A stretch of 64,000 nucleotides of DNA. It comes from an uncultured Gemmatimonadales bacterium. Its GTDB lineage: Bacteria > Gemmatimonadota > Gemmatimonadetes > Gemmatimonadales > GWC2-71-9. Numbering within the stretch: position 1 is the stretch's first letter; each line of letters opens with the position of its first letter. Below the pieces are notes generated by a model, which was not told the DNA's origin, did not search any database, and saw only the letters and a list, made by a program, of their open reading frames with translations. Positions 40,316 through 51,608 of this stretch are shown here, in pieces. Both the position numbers and the translations under genes were made by a program. The stretch spans positions 1,248,001 through 1,312,000 of the forward strand of contig CAWCFX010000001.1 in the NCBI GenBank assembly GCA_963795085.1. The letters run 5' to 3'.

Positions 40316-41435
40316 ACCGGGTGAACATGCCCGCCTTGAAATGTCCCGGCATGTGGCAATGCAGGAGCCAGATGCCGGGATTGTCGGGGACCATGTCCGC
40401 CACCGCGGTCATCATCGGGTTCAGCATGATCATGTCCATCCGCATGTGATTGGCCACGACGGTCTGGCCGTGCCAGTGCACGGTGTGGATGTCCCAGGCA
40501 TCCTCTTCATTCGGATTGCTGAAGATGTACCACCGGACCCGCTCGCCTTCCGTCATGCTGAGCATGGGGCCATTGCCCTCCAGGAATCCGTTGATCGCAT
40601 AGAAATGATGAAACCGGTGCACCGCAGCGTCACCGCCCTCGTACTTCGCCGGGTCACCGTAAATCTTGGTGACGTTCTCGCCCCAGTACCAGCTGAGCGG
40701 CTCGTCGAACAGCCCGAAATCGAGCACGAACTCCCGGTCGATGTCGCGGGGTGAGCCATCCTCCCGGGCCATCCCCCGGCGGGTGATAATCATGGGAGCG
40801 ATGAGCCCGGCGTTGATATCGCGGCCCTCGTCCACGTGCGAGTGATAGAGCCAGAAGGCGCTGCTGCCGTCGCCGGACGCGGGGCCGGCGCGTTCCGGAA
40901 CCATCCAGTCGTAGGTATGAGTGCTCCCGGGAGCCACGCTGTCGTCGGCGCGGTCGGGCCCTGTGGTGCTGTCCTGGTAGGCGAATCCCTCCGCGTCCTT
41001 CCGATAGAACACACCGTGCGGATGAAGGTTATACGGCCGGGACGCCCGGTTCCGGAAGACGACCCGGATCGTATCGTCCACCTGGGCGCGCAGCAGGGGG
41101 CCGAGAATACCGAGATGCGCCTGTCCTGCCTCCCGGGGCTTCAGGGTGGTGAACGTCGCGTCGGTGTACTCGAGGAACCGGGCTTTTCGATAGGTGGTCT
41201 GGTTGGGGTCAATGGTGCCCCTGGCGGCGGGGTCGGTCGAGAAATCATCGGGGAGGCCGCTGATGGCGAGGTCGTGGCCGCTGGGCACATACGTCCAGTC
41301 CACCTCCTCCGCGGCGATGTAGTAGGTCCGAGTACGGGGCCTGATTTCGTCGGAGACCAAGGACCGCTGGTGCGCCGCACCGGGCCAGGGAAAGAGCAGG
41401 CAAACGGAAACGGCCACGGCCAGCAGGTGGATCAT
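40293..41435 (-). CDS. Secreted two-domain multicopper oxidase
   Basis: Signal peptide and Cu motifs 'LHPHG', 'WLYHSH', 'HTVHWHG' and '[12 protein letters not shown]'. Confidence 0.85.
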   Translation of the reverse strand: MIHLLAVAVSVCLLFPWPGAAHQRSLVSDEIRPRTRTYYIAAEEVDWTYVPSGHDLAISGLPDDFSTDPAARGTIDPNQTTYRKARFLEYTDATFTTLKPREAGQAHLGILGPLLRAQVDDTIRVVFRNRASRPYNLHPHGVFYRKDAEGFAYQDSTTGPDRADDSVAPGSTHTYDWMVPERAGPASGDGSSAFWLYHSHVDEGRDINAGLIAPMIITRRGMAREDGSPRDIDREFVLDFGLFDEPLSWYWGENVTKIYGDPAKYEGGDAAVHRFHHFYAINGFLEGNGPMLSMTEGERVRWYIFSNPNEEDAWDIHTVHWHGQTVVANHMRMDMIMLNPMMTAVADMVPDNPGIWLLHCHMPGHFKAGMFTRFTVHPRT

Positions 41436-41548
41436 ACGGCCTCGTTGCAAAGGGATCAGGTCCGTGACCCCGCAATATAATGGTGCCGGTGGTGGCGTTC
41501 GGCGGAGCCGGACGGAGGCGCGGCACCCGGGAAGACGATGCAGGTGGG

Positions 41549-42985
41549 TTAGCGCGACTGCCGCAGGTGATCGCCGAGTCGCAGCGCCAGCGCGATGACG
41601 CTGAGGGTAGGGTTGGCCCAGCCCGCGGTCGGAAAGACCGATGCGCCGGCCACGTAGAGGTTTTCCATCCCGTGGACCCGGCCATCCGGGTCAACTACGC
41701 CGTGTGCCGGATCGCGGTGCATGCGGGTGGTGCCGGCATGATGATGCGCATTGGGGTCAATCGGCCGAGGTTCTTCCGCGACGGCCCCCAAAGCAGAAAG
41801 AGCCGATGCCAGAATGCGGCGCAGCCGCTCGGCCGCGGCCTGCTCCTCCGGCCGCCACCGCCAGGAGAGCACGGGGCGGGGAAGGCCCAGGGAGTCTCGG
41901 GCGGTGCCGAGTTCAATCCGGTTCTCGGGGTGGGGCGCCTGCTCGAGGTTGATGAGGACCCGGTACGCTGGGGGAAGGCGCGTTCTTCGGAGCCTGCTCA
42001 GCATCCGCCGAACTCCTCGCGGTTCTTCCGGCATGACCGGGAGCAGGCTGACCGACGCGTTGGGCAGCGGTTGCCGGGCCAGGTCCTGTCCCAACCCGAT
42101 TCGGCCGGCGATTACGAGGTCCCCGGCGGTGGTCCGCCGCTGGTAGAATCCCATCTCTTCGGGCCGATGGGGGAGCAGCGTAAGGCTGGAATCCCGGGGG
42201 TGTTCCATGAAGCAGCGCCCCGCCCAGGCCGCGCTTTCCCCCGGGGGCAGGGTTTCCTGCCATGCGAGGAGGAGCCTCGCATTCTCGACCGCTCCCGCCG
42301 CCAGGACCAGGACCTGGGGCCGGACGGTGAATGCGCCGCCGGTCCCGCTCCGCACGTGCACTGCCAGCACCCGGCGACGATCGGGTCCGGTGTCCACCCG
42401 GCATCCCGTGGCGTGTGTGAGAACGCGCACGTTGGCGGCCCTCCGAAGGGCGCGGTATGTTTGGGCGAACGGGCCGGTGGTGCCGAACTGGTAGACCTGG
42501 TGCGTGATTCCTTCGCCCAGGTCAGCCGGCTGCCCCAGTTCGGCCTGCCAGTCCGCCGCGTCATACCGGAAGGGTCCCAGCCCCGCCAGCGCCTGGGCCC
42601 GGACATACCAGGGCAGCAACTCGGTAAAATCGAACGGCCACTGTACCATGGGGCGGCCGGTGCGGGCCAGGTCCCTGGGATCGAGCGGCGCGTACTTGCC
42701 TCCGGTCCGGCCGTGAACCAGCGTGTTCCAGATATTGGTGGTTCCGAGGACCTGGCGGTGCCGAGTCACTCGGAGGCCATCGTAGGGGTCGCCGATCACG
42801 GAACCTTCGTTCAGGTCCTGCCCGGCCCGGTCCAGGCGGGTGCCACCGCTCTCCAGCACGATTACGTCAACGCCGGATCTCATGAACTCACTCGCGACGG
42901 TCAACCCGGCCGGTCCGGCGCCCACGATGCAGAGGGCGGTTTCCAGCGTGGTGCCCGGGGCGAGCGTACGTGCGTCGCGTTCCAC
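41549..42985 (-). CDS. GMC-family FAD-dependent oxidoreductase
   Basis: 'IVGAGPAG', 'LAAGAVENARLLL', 'GRCFMEHP', 'HHAGTTRM' and 'NPTLSVIALALRL'. Confidence 0.85.
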   Translation of the reverse strand: MERDARTLAPGTTLETALCIVGAGPAGLTVASEFMRSGVDVIVLESGGTRLDRAGQDLNEGSVIGDPYDGLRVTRHRQVLGTTNIWNTLVHGRTGGKYAPLDPRDLARTGRPMVQWPFDFTELLPWYVRAQALAGLGPFRYDAADWQAELGQPADLGEGITHQVYQFGTTGPFAQTYRALRRAANVRVLTHATGCRVDTGPDRRRVLAVHVRSGTGGAFTVRPQVLVLAAGAVENARLLLAWQETLPPGESAAWAGRCFMEHPRDSSLTLLPHRPEEMGFYQRRTTAGDLVIAGRIGLGQDLARQPLPNASVSLLPVMPEEPRGVRRMLSRLRRTRLPPAYRVLINLEQAPHPENRIELGTARDSLGLPRPVLSWRWRPEEQAAAERLRRILASALSALGAVAEEPRPIDPNAHHHAGTTRMHRDPAHGVVDPDGRVHGMENLYVAGASVFPTAGWANPTLSVIALALRLGDHLRQSR

Positions 42986-42999
42986 TGGGGCGCTGTCCT

Positions 43000-43887
43000 T
43001 TGCGTGATGTGTCGGTGATCGTGCCGACCCGGGCGCTGGCGGCCCGGGCGGACCTGACGCGCCGCGCGCTGGCGACGATCCTGGACCAGCAAGGGGTGAG
43101 TGTCGCCACCATCGTGGTGGTGAACGGCGCCGACCGGGATCCCCGCCTGATACGCGACCTGGAATCCGATCCCCGGCTTACGATGGTCTTTCGCGACCGG
43201 GCTCACCTGCCGCACGCCCTCCGGGCCGGCCGGGAACGGGTCACGACGACCTACGTGACGACCCTGGACGATGACGACGAACTGTTGCCGGGCGCCCTGT
43301 CCACCCGGGTTGCCGCCCTTGAGGCGAACGCCGACTGGGATGCGGTGGTGTCCAATGGCTTCATCCGGAACGGCGAGAGCCAGGTCCTCAAGTTTTCCGA
43401 CCTGGCCGCCCTTCGCCGCGACCCGGTGCGATCCATGATGCGGCGCAACTGGCTGCTGCCGGGGGCCTGGCTGGCCCGCACCAGCGCCCTCCCGGCGGGC
43501 GTGTTCGAGGCCATGCCGGAGTTCCTGGAATGCACGTACCTGGGATACTGGCTGGCGCTCTGCTCCCGACTCGGGTTTCTCGAAGCAGCCACCCTCGTCT
43601 GGGGTAAAGATACCCCGCTCTCGGCGTCGAAGTCGCGGGCCTATGTCCTGGGCCAGGCCGCGGCGCACCGCCAGCTCCTCAACCTTCCCCTGCCGCCGGA
43701 CGTGCGGGCCAACATCAGCCGGCGGGTCGGCGCCGCGTGTCATGGCGCCTCCCGACGCTGCCTCCGCGAGGGAGGCTACCGGGAGGCCTGGACCTGGCAC
43801 GTCCGGTCGCTCCGGGAGCCCGGCGGCTGGCGCTGGCTTCCTTACACCCTGCGGCTGATCCACCCATTCGGAAACCGGCACGCGTGA
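43000..43887 (+). CDS. Glycosyltransferase family 2
   Basis: 'VSVIVPT' and 'YVTTLDDDDELLP' (DxD). Start uncertain (TTG 43000 or GTG 43009). Confidence 0.8.
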   Translation: MRDVSVIVPTRALAARADLTRRALATILDQQGVSVATIVVVNGADRDPRLIRDLESDPRLTMVFRDRAHLPHALRAGRERVTTTYVTTLDDDDELLPGALSTRVAALEANADWDAVVSNGFIRNGESQVLKFSDLAALRRDPVRSMMRRNWLLPGAWLARTSALPAGVFEAMPEFLECTYLGYWLALCSRLGFLEAATLVWGKDTPLSASKSRAYVLGQAAAHRQLLNLPLPPDVRANISRRVGAACHGASRRCLREGGYREAWTWHVRSLREPGGWRWLPYTLRLIHPFGNRHA

Positions 43888-45485
43888 GCACGAACCCCGC
43901 CGTCGTCGTGATCGGCCTCGACGCAGCGAATGTCAACCTGCTGGTGCGGTGGGCCCGCGAGGGTTCGCTGCCCCGCATCGCCGGACTCCTCGCCAGGGGC
44001 CGGATGGCGCGGAGCCGGGGCCTCGCTGGATTCATGGTGGGCTCGACCTGGCCGTCGATGTACACCGGTCTCTCCCCGGCCCGCCACGGCCTTCATTATC
44101 TCCGGCAGATCCGGGTCGGAACCTACGAGTTTCACCGGATGGCCGAGCATGGCCTGGTCCGGCAGCCACCCTTCTGGGAGGCGGTGGGCCGGGCGGGCCA
44201 CCGGGTGGCGATCCTTGACGTCCCGCTCTGCCGCCTGGATCCCGGCGTCAGCGGACTGCAGGTCATTGAATGGGGTTCGCACGATGCCGTCTATGGATTC
44301 CGGGCCGCCCCGGCGGCGGTCGAATCACGAATCGTCGACGGCTATGGGCCCCACCCGGGAGAAACACCGTGTGACGGCGACCGCCGCACCCCGGCGGAAT
44401 ACATGCGCTTCGTGGAAGCGCTGGAGCGGGGCGCCCGCCTCAAGGGCAAACTTACCGCGGACCTCATCCGCCTGGAGCGGTGGGGCCTCGCCATGCAGGT
44501 GTTCACCGAGGCGCATTGTGCCGGGCATCAATGCTGGCACCTGCACGACCCGGCCCATCCCAATCACGACGCCGCGATGCGGGCGGCGACGGGCGACCCC
44601 CTTCTGCGAGTGTACGCCGCCATCGACAGCGCCATCGGCGAGATCCTCGATGCGGCCGGCGACGCGACCATCGTGCTGCTGGCGGCCCACGGCATGTCCT
44701 TCCGGTTTGGCGCCAGCATGCTCCTCCCCGAGATCCTGGCCGGTCTCGGCGCGACCGAGTGTCCGCCGCCGCCTCCCGCGGAGCCGATGCTGCATCGCCT
44801 GGCCCGCGCAGCCTGGCGGGAGCTTCCCGAAACCGCGCAGCGGGCGCTGGGCCCGCTCCGCCGGGCTCTCCGCTCGTCACCCGGGCCCGATACGACCTCC
44901 TCCCTGCCATCATACCTGCGGCGAAGCCGCTGCTTTCCGGTCGGCAATGGGCTGGCGACGGCGGGGATACGGCTCAACCTCCGGGGGAGAGAACCCGGCG
45001 GTATCCTGGCCCCGGGAGCGGAGGCGGAGGCTTTTTCGGAGTGGCTGGCTGCCGCGCTGTGCGAAATCGTCGATGACACCACCGGCGGGCCGATAGTGCG
45101 CCGCGTGCTGCGCACCGCCGACCTGTATCAGGGCGAATGCCTGGACGCCCTTCCAGATCTGCTGGTGGACTGGAATGACGAGATGCCGCTGGGCCGGGCG
45201 GCGGCAGGCACCATGCTGGGGCGAATGCGGGTCCGTTCGCCCCGGCTGGGGGTGGTGGAAGGCGTCAACACGTACGGACGTACCGGGGAGCACCGGGAAG
45301 AGGGATTTTTCCTGGTGGCCGGACCAGGCATCGTGGCCGGCGAGCGCGAGGAGATGATGTCGCTGCTGGATTTCGCGCCCACCATCGCCGCGCAACTGGG
45401 AGTAACGCTGCGAGATATCGACGGCAGCGTGCTCAGTGACCTGGTGGCGATCCGTCGGTCAACCCGGTCTCCAGCCGGCGCATGA
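43884..45485 (+). CDS. Alkaline-phosphatase-superfamily (type I phosphodiesterase/nucleotide pyrophosphatase-like) protein
   Basis: 'VVIGLDAA', 'STWPSMYTGLSPARHG', 'HCAGHQCW', 'AAHG' and 'GEHREEG'. GTGA overlap with the GT2 stop. Confidence 0.8.
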   Translation: MSTNPAVVVIGLDAANVNLLVRWAREGSLPRIAGLLARGRMARSRGLAGFMVGSTWPSMYTGLSPARHGLHYLRQIRVGTYEFHRMAEHGLVRQPPFWEAVGRAGHRVAILDVPLCRLDPGVSGLQVIEWGSHDAVYGFRAAPAAVESRIVDGYGPHPGETPCDGDRRTPAEYMRFVEALERGARLKGKLTADLIRLERWGLAMQVFTEAHCAGHQCWHLHDPAHPNHDAAMRAATGDPLLRVYAAIDSAIGEILDAAGDATIVLLAAHGMSFRFGASMLLPEILAGLGATECPPPPPAEPMLHRLARAAWRELPETAQRALGPLRRALRSSPGPDTTSSLPSYLRRSRCFPVGNGLATAGIRLNLRGREPGGILAPGAEAEAFSEWLAAALCEIVDDTTGGPIVRRVLRTADLYQGECLDALPDLLVDWNDEMPLGRAAAGTMLGRMRVRSPRLGVVEGVNTYGRTGEHREEGFFLVAGPGIVAGEREEMMSLLDFAPTIAAQLGVTLRDIDGSVLSDLVAIRRSTRSPAGA

Positions 45486-46641
45486 CGGCGTTCATCTGGA
45501 CCGACCCGGAAAAACTCGGCCCCGGAATCACCTGCAGATGGGTACTGGGCCCCTGGAAGAGGCGCTTGCCCATGGCGCGGTTCACCGCCAGCAGCTCCAG
45601 GGCGTAGATGCCCGGTGGCACGTTCAACTGGAGGGATGTCTCCACGGCGAAGGTGCCCCGGTGTGGAAAGTCCAGCCCCAGACGGTGCGCACTGGTGGTG
45701 TAGATGACCGCTCCCGAGCTGGCGGCCCGGACCTGGAGATGAACCGGGTCGATGTCGTCGAGGCTCGCCTGGTCGTCGAGTGAGCCTCGAACCACAACGG
45801 TGATCCGCGCACCGCTCTGGACCGGACCCGGCGGGTCCACCTGCAGCGAGGTGAGCTGGACCGGGTGGGCGGCGTCCACCGGCGCCAGCGCCTCACCGGC
45901 GTCCGCCAGGTAGGCACCGATACATTCCGACGCGGTTCCCTGGCGGATCACCCGGCCCCGGTTCAGCAGGATGGCCTGGCTGCACAACTCGGCGACCCGG
46001 TCGAGCTGGTGGGAGACGATCACGACCGGGATGCCCGAGGTGGTCAGCTCGCGGATGCGGTCAAAGGCGCGGTTCTGAAAGGCAAAGTCCCCGACCGCGA
46101 GGACCTCGTCCACGATCAGCACATCGGGATCCAGGTGGGCGGCGATCGAGAAGCCCAGCCGGGCGTTCATCCCGCTGGAGAAACGCTTGACCGGGGTATC
46201 GATGAAGGTCCCGACGCCGGCGAACTCCACGATGGCATCGAACTTCTCCCGGATCATGTCCCGGGGCATGCCCATGATCGCGCCCTGCAGGAAGAGGTTT
46301 TCGCGCCCGGTCAGGTCGGGGTGAAATCCGGCCGCCACATCGATCAGCGCGCCCACCCGGCCGATGGTGCGGCATCGCCCGGCCGTTGGCCGGAGGATGC
46401 GGGTGAGCAGGCGGAGGATGGTACTCTTGCCGGCGCCGTTGGGCCCCACGATGCCCAGGATCTCACCCGGCACCACGCTGAAGCTGACGTCCTGCACCGC
46501 CCAGAAATCTCCGGCTCCCGGCCGGTGCCGTCCGGCCAGCTTGCCGGCCAGAGCGGGGAGAAGGTCCCGCAGGCTGTCATGCCGCTCGCCGCGGCGGAAG
46601 CGTTTCCACACCTGCTCGAAATCCACGCGCGGCATCGTCAT
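45433..46641 (-). CDS. wzt: Polysaccharide ABC exporter ATP-binding protein with C-terminal carbohydrate-binding (Wzt-C-like) domain
   Basis: GPNGAGKS, 'GFHPDLTGREN', 'FSSGMNARLGF' and 'VDEVLAVGD', followed by a beta-rich C-terminal domain. Confidence 0.9.
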   Translation of the reverse strand: MTMPRVDFEQVWKRFRRGERHDSLRDLLPALAGKLAGRHRPGAGDFWAVQDVSFSVVPGEILGIVGPNGAGKSTILRLLTRILRPTAGRCRTIGRVGALIDVAAGFHPDLTGRENLFLQGAIMGMPRDMIREKFDAIVEFAGVGTFIDTPVKRFSSGMNARLGFSIAAHLDPDVLIVDEVLAVGDFAFQNRAFDRIRELTTSGIPVVIVSHQLDRVAELCSQAILLNRGRVIRQGTASECIGAYLADAGEALAPVDAAHPVQLTSLQVDPPGPVQSGARITVVVRGSLDDQASLDDIDPVHLQVRAASSGAVIYTTSAHRLGLDFPHRGTFAVETSLQLNVPPGIYALELLAVNRAMGKRLFQGPSTHLQVIPGPSFSGSVQMNAVMRRLETGLTDGSPPGH

Positions 46642-46645
46642 GCGG

Positions 46646-47554
46646 CTAGAGCCGTTCGGCGAAGACGGCCGCGGACCGGTGAAAGAACCACACGGCGACC
46701 AGCAGTCCACCCAGGGACCAGCCGGCGAGCAGCGCGAAATAGACCGGGTCCCAGGCGACCACCGGCGGCCCGCCCTGCGGTGTCAGCACCAGGGGAATGA
46801 GCAGGTTATGACCCTCGACGATCGCCAGCCGGAATCCTTCCACCAGGGTCCCCAGGGGGTTGAGCAGCATCAGCCGGGCGCCCCGGGCACCCAGCATGGC
46901 CGGCTCGAAGAAAACCGGGGTAAACAGGATGCCGAAGGTAAGGAATACCTGGACCAGGTACTTCACGTCGCGGAAGAAAACATTGGCCGAACTCAGGAAC
47001 AGGGCCGCGGCCGTCGTGAGGGCGAAGAGCAGGATCACCAGCGCCGGAAACCAGAGCCATGCCATGGAGGGCGTGAGGCCGAGAACCAGGGCGACGGCCA
47101 GCACGGCGGTCGCGCCGATCGCGGTGTCGAATGCCTGGGCCAGCACGGCCGCGAGCGGAAGCACCTCGCGCGGAAAGTAGATCTTGGAGACCAGGTTGAG
47201 ATTGCCGGTGAGGCTCGGGGTGGCGAAGTTGAGGCTGCCCACGAAGAATGCCCAGGGCAGACTCTTGATCGCGACGCCGATGATCCCGTCCCGCTCCAGT
47301 CCGCCGCCGGCAAAGCGGGCCGCGGCCAGCCGGAGCACCAGCCCCGCGGCCACGATCAGCAGCGGCATCAGGAGCGCCCAGCCAAAGCCAAGCACGGCCT
47401 GCTTGTAGCGAATCCGGATTTCGCGCAGCGCCAGTTCGCGGAGCAACTCCCGGTAGGCGCGCACCTCGCGGATCGCCTCCGCGATGTCCCGCCAGAAGCC
47501 GGGTCGGGTTTCTTCCGGGTACGCCGGCAGGGCCGGCGGGGCGGAGTCGGTCAT
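46646..47554 (-). CDS. wzm: Polysaccharide ABC exporter permease
   Basis: '[21 protein letters not shown]', 'KIYFPRE', 'FFRDV' and 'LNPL'. Start ATG 47554. Confidence 0.9.
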   Translation of the reverse strand: MTDSAPPALPAYPEETRPGFWRDIAEAIREVRAYRELLRELALREIRIRYKQAVLGFGWALLMPLLIVAAGLVLRLAAARFAGGGLERDGIIGVAIKSLPWAFFVGSLNFATPSLTGNLNLVSKIYFPREVLPLAAVLAQAFDTAIGATAVLAVALVLGLTPSMAWLWFPALVILLFALTTAAALFLSSANVFFRDVKYLVQVFLTFGILFTPVFFEPAMLGARGARLMLLNPLGTLVEGFRLAIVEGHNLLIPLVLTPQGGPPVVAWDPVYFALLAGWSLGGLLVAVWFFHRSAAVFAERL

Positions 47555-47588
47555 CGACGAGGGAATGGCCGGGAACTCACCGGCCCGG

Positions 47589-49745
47589 TCAGGCCTGCAG
47601 CCTGATTGGCAGCCTCCGGATGCGCTGCCCGGTTGCGGCGAAGATGGCGTTGACCACCGCCGGCGCGATGGGCGGGGTGCCCGGTTCTCCGACGCCCCCC
47701 GGTTTCTCGGTAGAGGGAACAATGTGCACTTCTACCTGGGGCATCTCGTCGATCCGGAGCATCGGGTAGTCGTGGAAGTTGCTTTGCCGGGCCGCGCCGT
47801 TCTCGATCGTCACCTCGCCGTAGAGAGCCGCGGTGAGGCCGAACACGACACTGCTCTCCATCTGGGCGGCAATAATGTCAGGGTTCACGTGGATGCCGCA
47901 GTCCACGGCACAGACCACCCGGTGGACCCGGACCTTGCCATCGGTCACCGAGACCTCGGCCACCTCGGCGACATAACTGCCGAAGGATTCCACCACGGCG
48001 ATGCCGCGGGCCCGGCCGGCGGGAAGCGGCGTGCCCCAGCCCGCCTTCTCCGCCGCCAGTTCGAGCACGCCCCGGTGCCGGGGCGCCGATCCCAGCAGAT
48101 CCCGCCGGAACGCGAAGGGATCCTTCCCGGCCGCATGCGCCAGTTCGTCCATGAAACCTTCGGCGATGAACCCGTTCTGGGAATTGCCGACCGAACGCCA
48201 GAATCCCACCGGCACTCCGACATCGGCCCGCACCCAGTCACAGCGCAGGTTAGGAATGGCGTAGGGCAGATTGGCCGACCCCTCCACCGAGGTGCCGTCG
48301 AGGCCGTTGGGAAGCGGCCCGAACATCGACTCGAACCGGGTCATGATGGATGGGCCCACCACCCGGTGGGTCCATGCCACCGGGGTGCCGGCCGCATCGA
48401 GGCCTCCCGCCAGGCGGTTGTAGGCGGCGGGCCGGTAGAAATCATGGGCCATGTCGTCCTCCCGCGACCAGATCACCTTGACCGGGGCACCCGCCGCCTT
48501 GGAGAGCTGCACCGCTTCCACCACGAAATCCAGTTCGAAGCGACGCCCGAAGCCGCCGCCGAGGTAGGTGGTGTGGACCTCGATGGCCTCCTGCGGCAGG
48601 CCGGTAATGGATGCGGCGACGCCCTGGACGCCGCTGCCCGGGGCGAACTGAAACTGGGTCGGGGCCCACACGGTGCAGCGATCAGCCTGGACCCAGGCGC
48701 TGCAGTTCATCGGTTCCATCGTGGCGTGCGCGAGGTACGGCACCTCGTACTCGGCGTCGATCCGGGTGCTGGCCCGGCGCAGCGCCTGGTCAGGATTGCC
48801 GTCGTTCCGGGCGCTGATGGCTTTCCCGGAGGCGAGGCTGAGAAACCGGGCCCGGATGCTCTCGCTGCTCACCCCGGCCATCGCCCCCGGCGACCAGGTG
48901 GTCTTGAGGGCCTCGCGTCCCTTCCGGGCCGCCCAGTATCCGTCGGCGATCACCGCGATGCCGGAGTCGATCGCCACCACGTGCCGGACCCCGGGGACCG
49001 CCAGCGCGGCGGCTTCGTCATGTCCGTTCGGCGTTCCCCCGAACGTCGGGCAGCGGGCCACCACGGCGACCAGCATGCCCGGCGCGGCAGCGTCGATTCC
49101 GAATCCGGCAGCGCCGGTCACCTTGTCCTGCAGGTCCAGGCGCGGCATGGGCCGGCCGATGAACTTGAACTCGTCCGGCGTCTTGAGCGTGACCGTCTCG
49201 GGGACGGGCAGGGCCGCGGCATCCGTCGCGAGAGCACCATAGGTCAGCCGGCGCTTGCCATTGGTCTCCAGCACCGCGCCGGCTTCGGTCCGGCAGGCGG
49301 CCGGCTCCACCCCCCAGCGAGCGGCGGCCGCCGCGACCAGCATGGCCCGGGCCCGGGCGCCTGCCTCGCGGAGCGGTTGCATGGCGGCGCTGACGCTGGT
49401 GCTGCCGCCGGTTCCCTGGATGCCGAAAGCGGGATTGACATACTCCTTACCTGCCGGCGCCGAGACGACCCGCAGGGTGGCCCAGTCGGCGTCGAGTTCA
49501 TCGGCCAGCATCTGGGGGAGGGCGGTGTGCACGCCCTGGCCCATCTCGGAGCGGTCCACCACGATCGTCACGATGCCGTCGGTGCCGATCCGGAGCCATG
49601 CATTCGGCTGGAAGGGAGGCGTGTCGTCTTGAGCGGGGGTGCCGGGCCGGGAACAGCCGGGAAGGTAGATGGCAAGGGTCAACCCGGCACCGGCGGCCAT
49701 GCCGGCGCGCACGAAGTCCCGGCGACTCAGTCCGGACGTGGTCAT
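47589..49745 (-). CDS. Xanthine-dehydrogenase-family molybdopterin subunit (IorB-like), Tat-exported
   Basis: Tat motif SRRDFV, 'RSEMGQG', 'TGGSTS', 'AHATMEP', 'GGGFGRR' and 'GVGEPG'. Confidence 0.9.
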   Translation of the reverse strand: MTTSGLSRRDFVRAGMAAGAGLTLAIYLPGCSRPGTPAQDDTPPFQPNAWLRIGTDGIVTIVVDRSEMGQGVHTALPQMLADELDADWATLRVVSAPAGKEYVNPAFGIQGTGGSTSVSAAMQPLREAGARARAMLVAAAAARWGVEPAACRTEAGAVLETNGKRRLTYGALATDAAALPVPETVTLKTPDEFKFIGRPMPRLDLQDKVTGAAGFGIDAAAPGMLVAVVARCPTFGGTPNGHDEAAALAVPGVRHVVAIDSGIAVIADGYWAARKGREALKTTWSPGAMAGVSSESIRARFLSLASGKAISARNDGNPDQALRRASTRIDAEYEVPYLAHATMEPMNCSAWVQADRCTVWAPTQFQFAPGSGVQGVAASITGLPQEAIEVHTTYLGGGFGRRFELDFVVEAVQLSKAAGAPVKVIWSREDDMAHDFYRPAAYNRLAGGLDAAGTPVAWTHRVVGPSIMTRFESMFGPLPNGLDGTSVEGSANLPYAIPNLRCDWVRADVGVPVGFWRSVGNSQNGFIAEGFMDELAHAAGKDPFAFRRDLLGSAPRHRGVLELAAEKAGWGTPLPAGRARGIAVVESFGSYVAEVAEVSVTDGKVRVHRVVCAVDCGIHVNPDIIAAQMESSVVFGLTAALYGEVTIENGAARQSNFHDYPMLRIDEMPQVEVHIVPSTEKPGGVGEPGTPPIAPAVVNAIFAATGQRIRRLPIRLQA

Positions 49746-50197
49746 GCGGCACCTCCCGCGGCGCGGTGAATAGCCTTGCGGATCCGCTGGTAGGTTCCGC
49801 AGCGGCAGATGTTCCCGGTCATGGCGGCATCGATGTCGGCATCCGTGGGCCGGGGTTTCTCCGCCAGCAGGGCGGCCGCCGACATCAACTGGCCGGACTG
49901 GCAATAGCCGCACTGGGGCACCTGTTCCGCGACCCAGGCCCGCTGCAGCGGATGGTCTCCATTCTTCGAGAGGGCTTCGATGGTGGTCACCTGTTTTCCC
50001 TCCGCCATGGAGACGGGTGTCTGGCAGGAGCGAACCGCGGTGCCGTCGAGATGGATCGTGCAGGCCCCGCATTGCCCGATGCCGCACCCGAACTTGGTGC
50101 CGGTGAGCGCGAGTTCCTCGCGAATGACCCAGAGCAGCGGCGTGTCGGCGGTCGCGGTCGTCTGCACCCGGCGCCCATTTACGCGAAAGGAGGTCAT
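49742..50197 (-). CDS. [2Fe-2S]-binding subunit (IorA-like)
   Basis: '[14 protein letters not shown]', 'QCGYCQSG' and 'NICRCGTY'. Confidence 0.92.
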   Translation of the reverse strand: MTSFRVNGRRVQTTATADTPLLWVIREELALTGTKFGCGIGQCGACTIHLDGTAVRSCQTPVSMAEGKQVTTIEALSKNGDHPLQRAWVAEQVPQCGYCQSGQLMSAAALLAEKPRPTDADIDAAMTGNICRCGTYQRIRKAIHRAAGGAA

Positions 50198-50306
50198 GCC
50201 CAGTCCTTTGGTGAGGAGGAATCCTGGAAATTGCCGGAGTCGCGGGGGATCGGCTGGAATGTAAGCCCGGCCGCCCGTTTCGATACCCCGTCCCCCGGTC
50301 GCTGGC

Positions 50307-51533
50307 CTAGGCCCGGGGTGATGCCGGTTTCAGCGTAGAGCGGAGCACAAAGAATCCGGCCAGGCCGGACGCGAGCGTTCCCACCACGATCCCCAGGCGA
50401 TGCATGCCCAGGGCGCTGGTTCCGCCTTCGCCGAAGGCCAGGGCGGCGATGAACAGGCTCATGGTGAATCCGATGCCGCAGAGCAGCGCCGCGCCGTGCA
50501 GTTTCCGCCAGCCGATCCCGTCGGGCAGCGCGGCGATCCCCAGCCGCACCGCGATCCAGCAGAAGGCGACGATGCCGACCTGCTTCCCGACGAAGAGGCC
50601 CAGCGAGATACCGAGGGGGAGCGGATCCACCAGGCTCGCCCACGTCACATCGAGCAGGGAGACGCCGGCATTGGCAAAGGCGAACAGGGGGAGAACCCCG
50701 TAGGCGACCCAGGGATGCAGCGCGTCCTGGAGCCGGCGCAGCGGGCCGTCCTTCGAACCCTGTTCTCCTTCCTGGCCGGGCAACCGGATCGGAATGAAGA
50801 TCGCCAGCAGAACCCCTGCCAGCGTGGCGTGCACTCCGCTCTTGAGCACCGCCACCCAGAGCGGGATGCCCAGGAGGAAATAAGCGGTCAGGCTGGTCAC
50901 GCCCAGCCGGTTGAGCAGGACGAGGCCCAGGAGCAACAGGGCGCCGATGAAGAGCGAAAGGAAGGAGAGGTTCGCGGTGTAGAAGAGGGCAATGATGACG
51001 ATGGCGCCCAGGTCGTCGAAGATGGCCACGCTGAGCAGGAAGGTCTTCAGGCTGGCGGGGACCCGGTCGCCGAGGAGGGTCAGCACTCCCATGGCGAAGG
51101 CAATGTCAGTGGCCGTGGGAATGGCCCAGCCCTTCATCGCGGCCGCATCACCCCAGTTGAGGGCGGCGTAGCAGGCCGCCGGGGCGATCATGCCGCCGGC
51201 CGCCGCCACCGCCGGCAGACTGGCCCGGCGCAGGCTCGAAAGATGTCCCTCCAAAACCTCCCGCTTGAGTTCCAGCCCTACCAGGAGGAAGAACACCGCC
51301 ATCAGCCCGTCGTTGATCCAGAGCAGCAGCGGCTTGGCGATTCCCAGGGTGCCGATGCTCACTTCCAGCGGCAGGTCCAGCAGGGACGCGTAGGGGCCGG
51401 CGAGGGGAGTATTGGCCACGGCAAGCGCCAGCACCGCCGCGCCCATGAGCAGGATCCCGCCGGCGGCCTCCAGGCGGAGGAACTCGTGCAGCGGGTTCAG
51501 GACCTTGTCGATGATCGGCGCGCGCACGGTCAA
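50307..51533 (-). CDS. nhaA: Na+/H+ antiporter NhaA
   Basis: '[21 protein letters not shown]', '[12 protein letters not shown]', 'IFDDLG', 'SGVHAT' and '[10 protein letters not shown]'. TTG start follows AAGGAG. Confidence 0.93.
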   Translation of the reverse strand: MTVRAPIIDKVLNPLHEFLRLEAAGGILLMGAAVLALAVANTPLAGPYASLLDLPLEVSIGTLGIAKPLLLWINDGLMAVFFLLVGLELKREVLEGHLSSLRRASLPAVAAAGGMIAPAACYAALNWGDAAAMKGWAIPTATDIAFAMGVLTLLGDRVPASLKTFLLSVAIFDDLGAIVIIALFYTANLSFLSLFIGALLLLGLVLLNRLGVTSLTAYFLLGIPLWVAVLKSGVHATLAGVLLAIFIPIRLPGQEGEQGSKDGPLRRLQDALHPWVAYGVLPLFAFANAGVSLLDVTWASLVDPLPLGISLGLFVGKQVGIVAFCWIAVRLGIAALPDGIGWRKLHGAALLCGIGFTMSLFIAALAFGEGGTSALGMHRLGIVVGTLASGLAGFFVLRSTLKPASPRA

Positions 51534-51608
51534 GCGGGGCCTCCTTTCCGGCGTCCCGCCCTCGGCCCCGAGTCCCGGGCACCGAGTGCTGAGCACTCCG
51601 GGTCTCGG

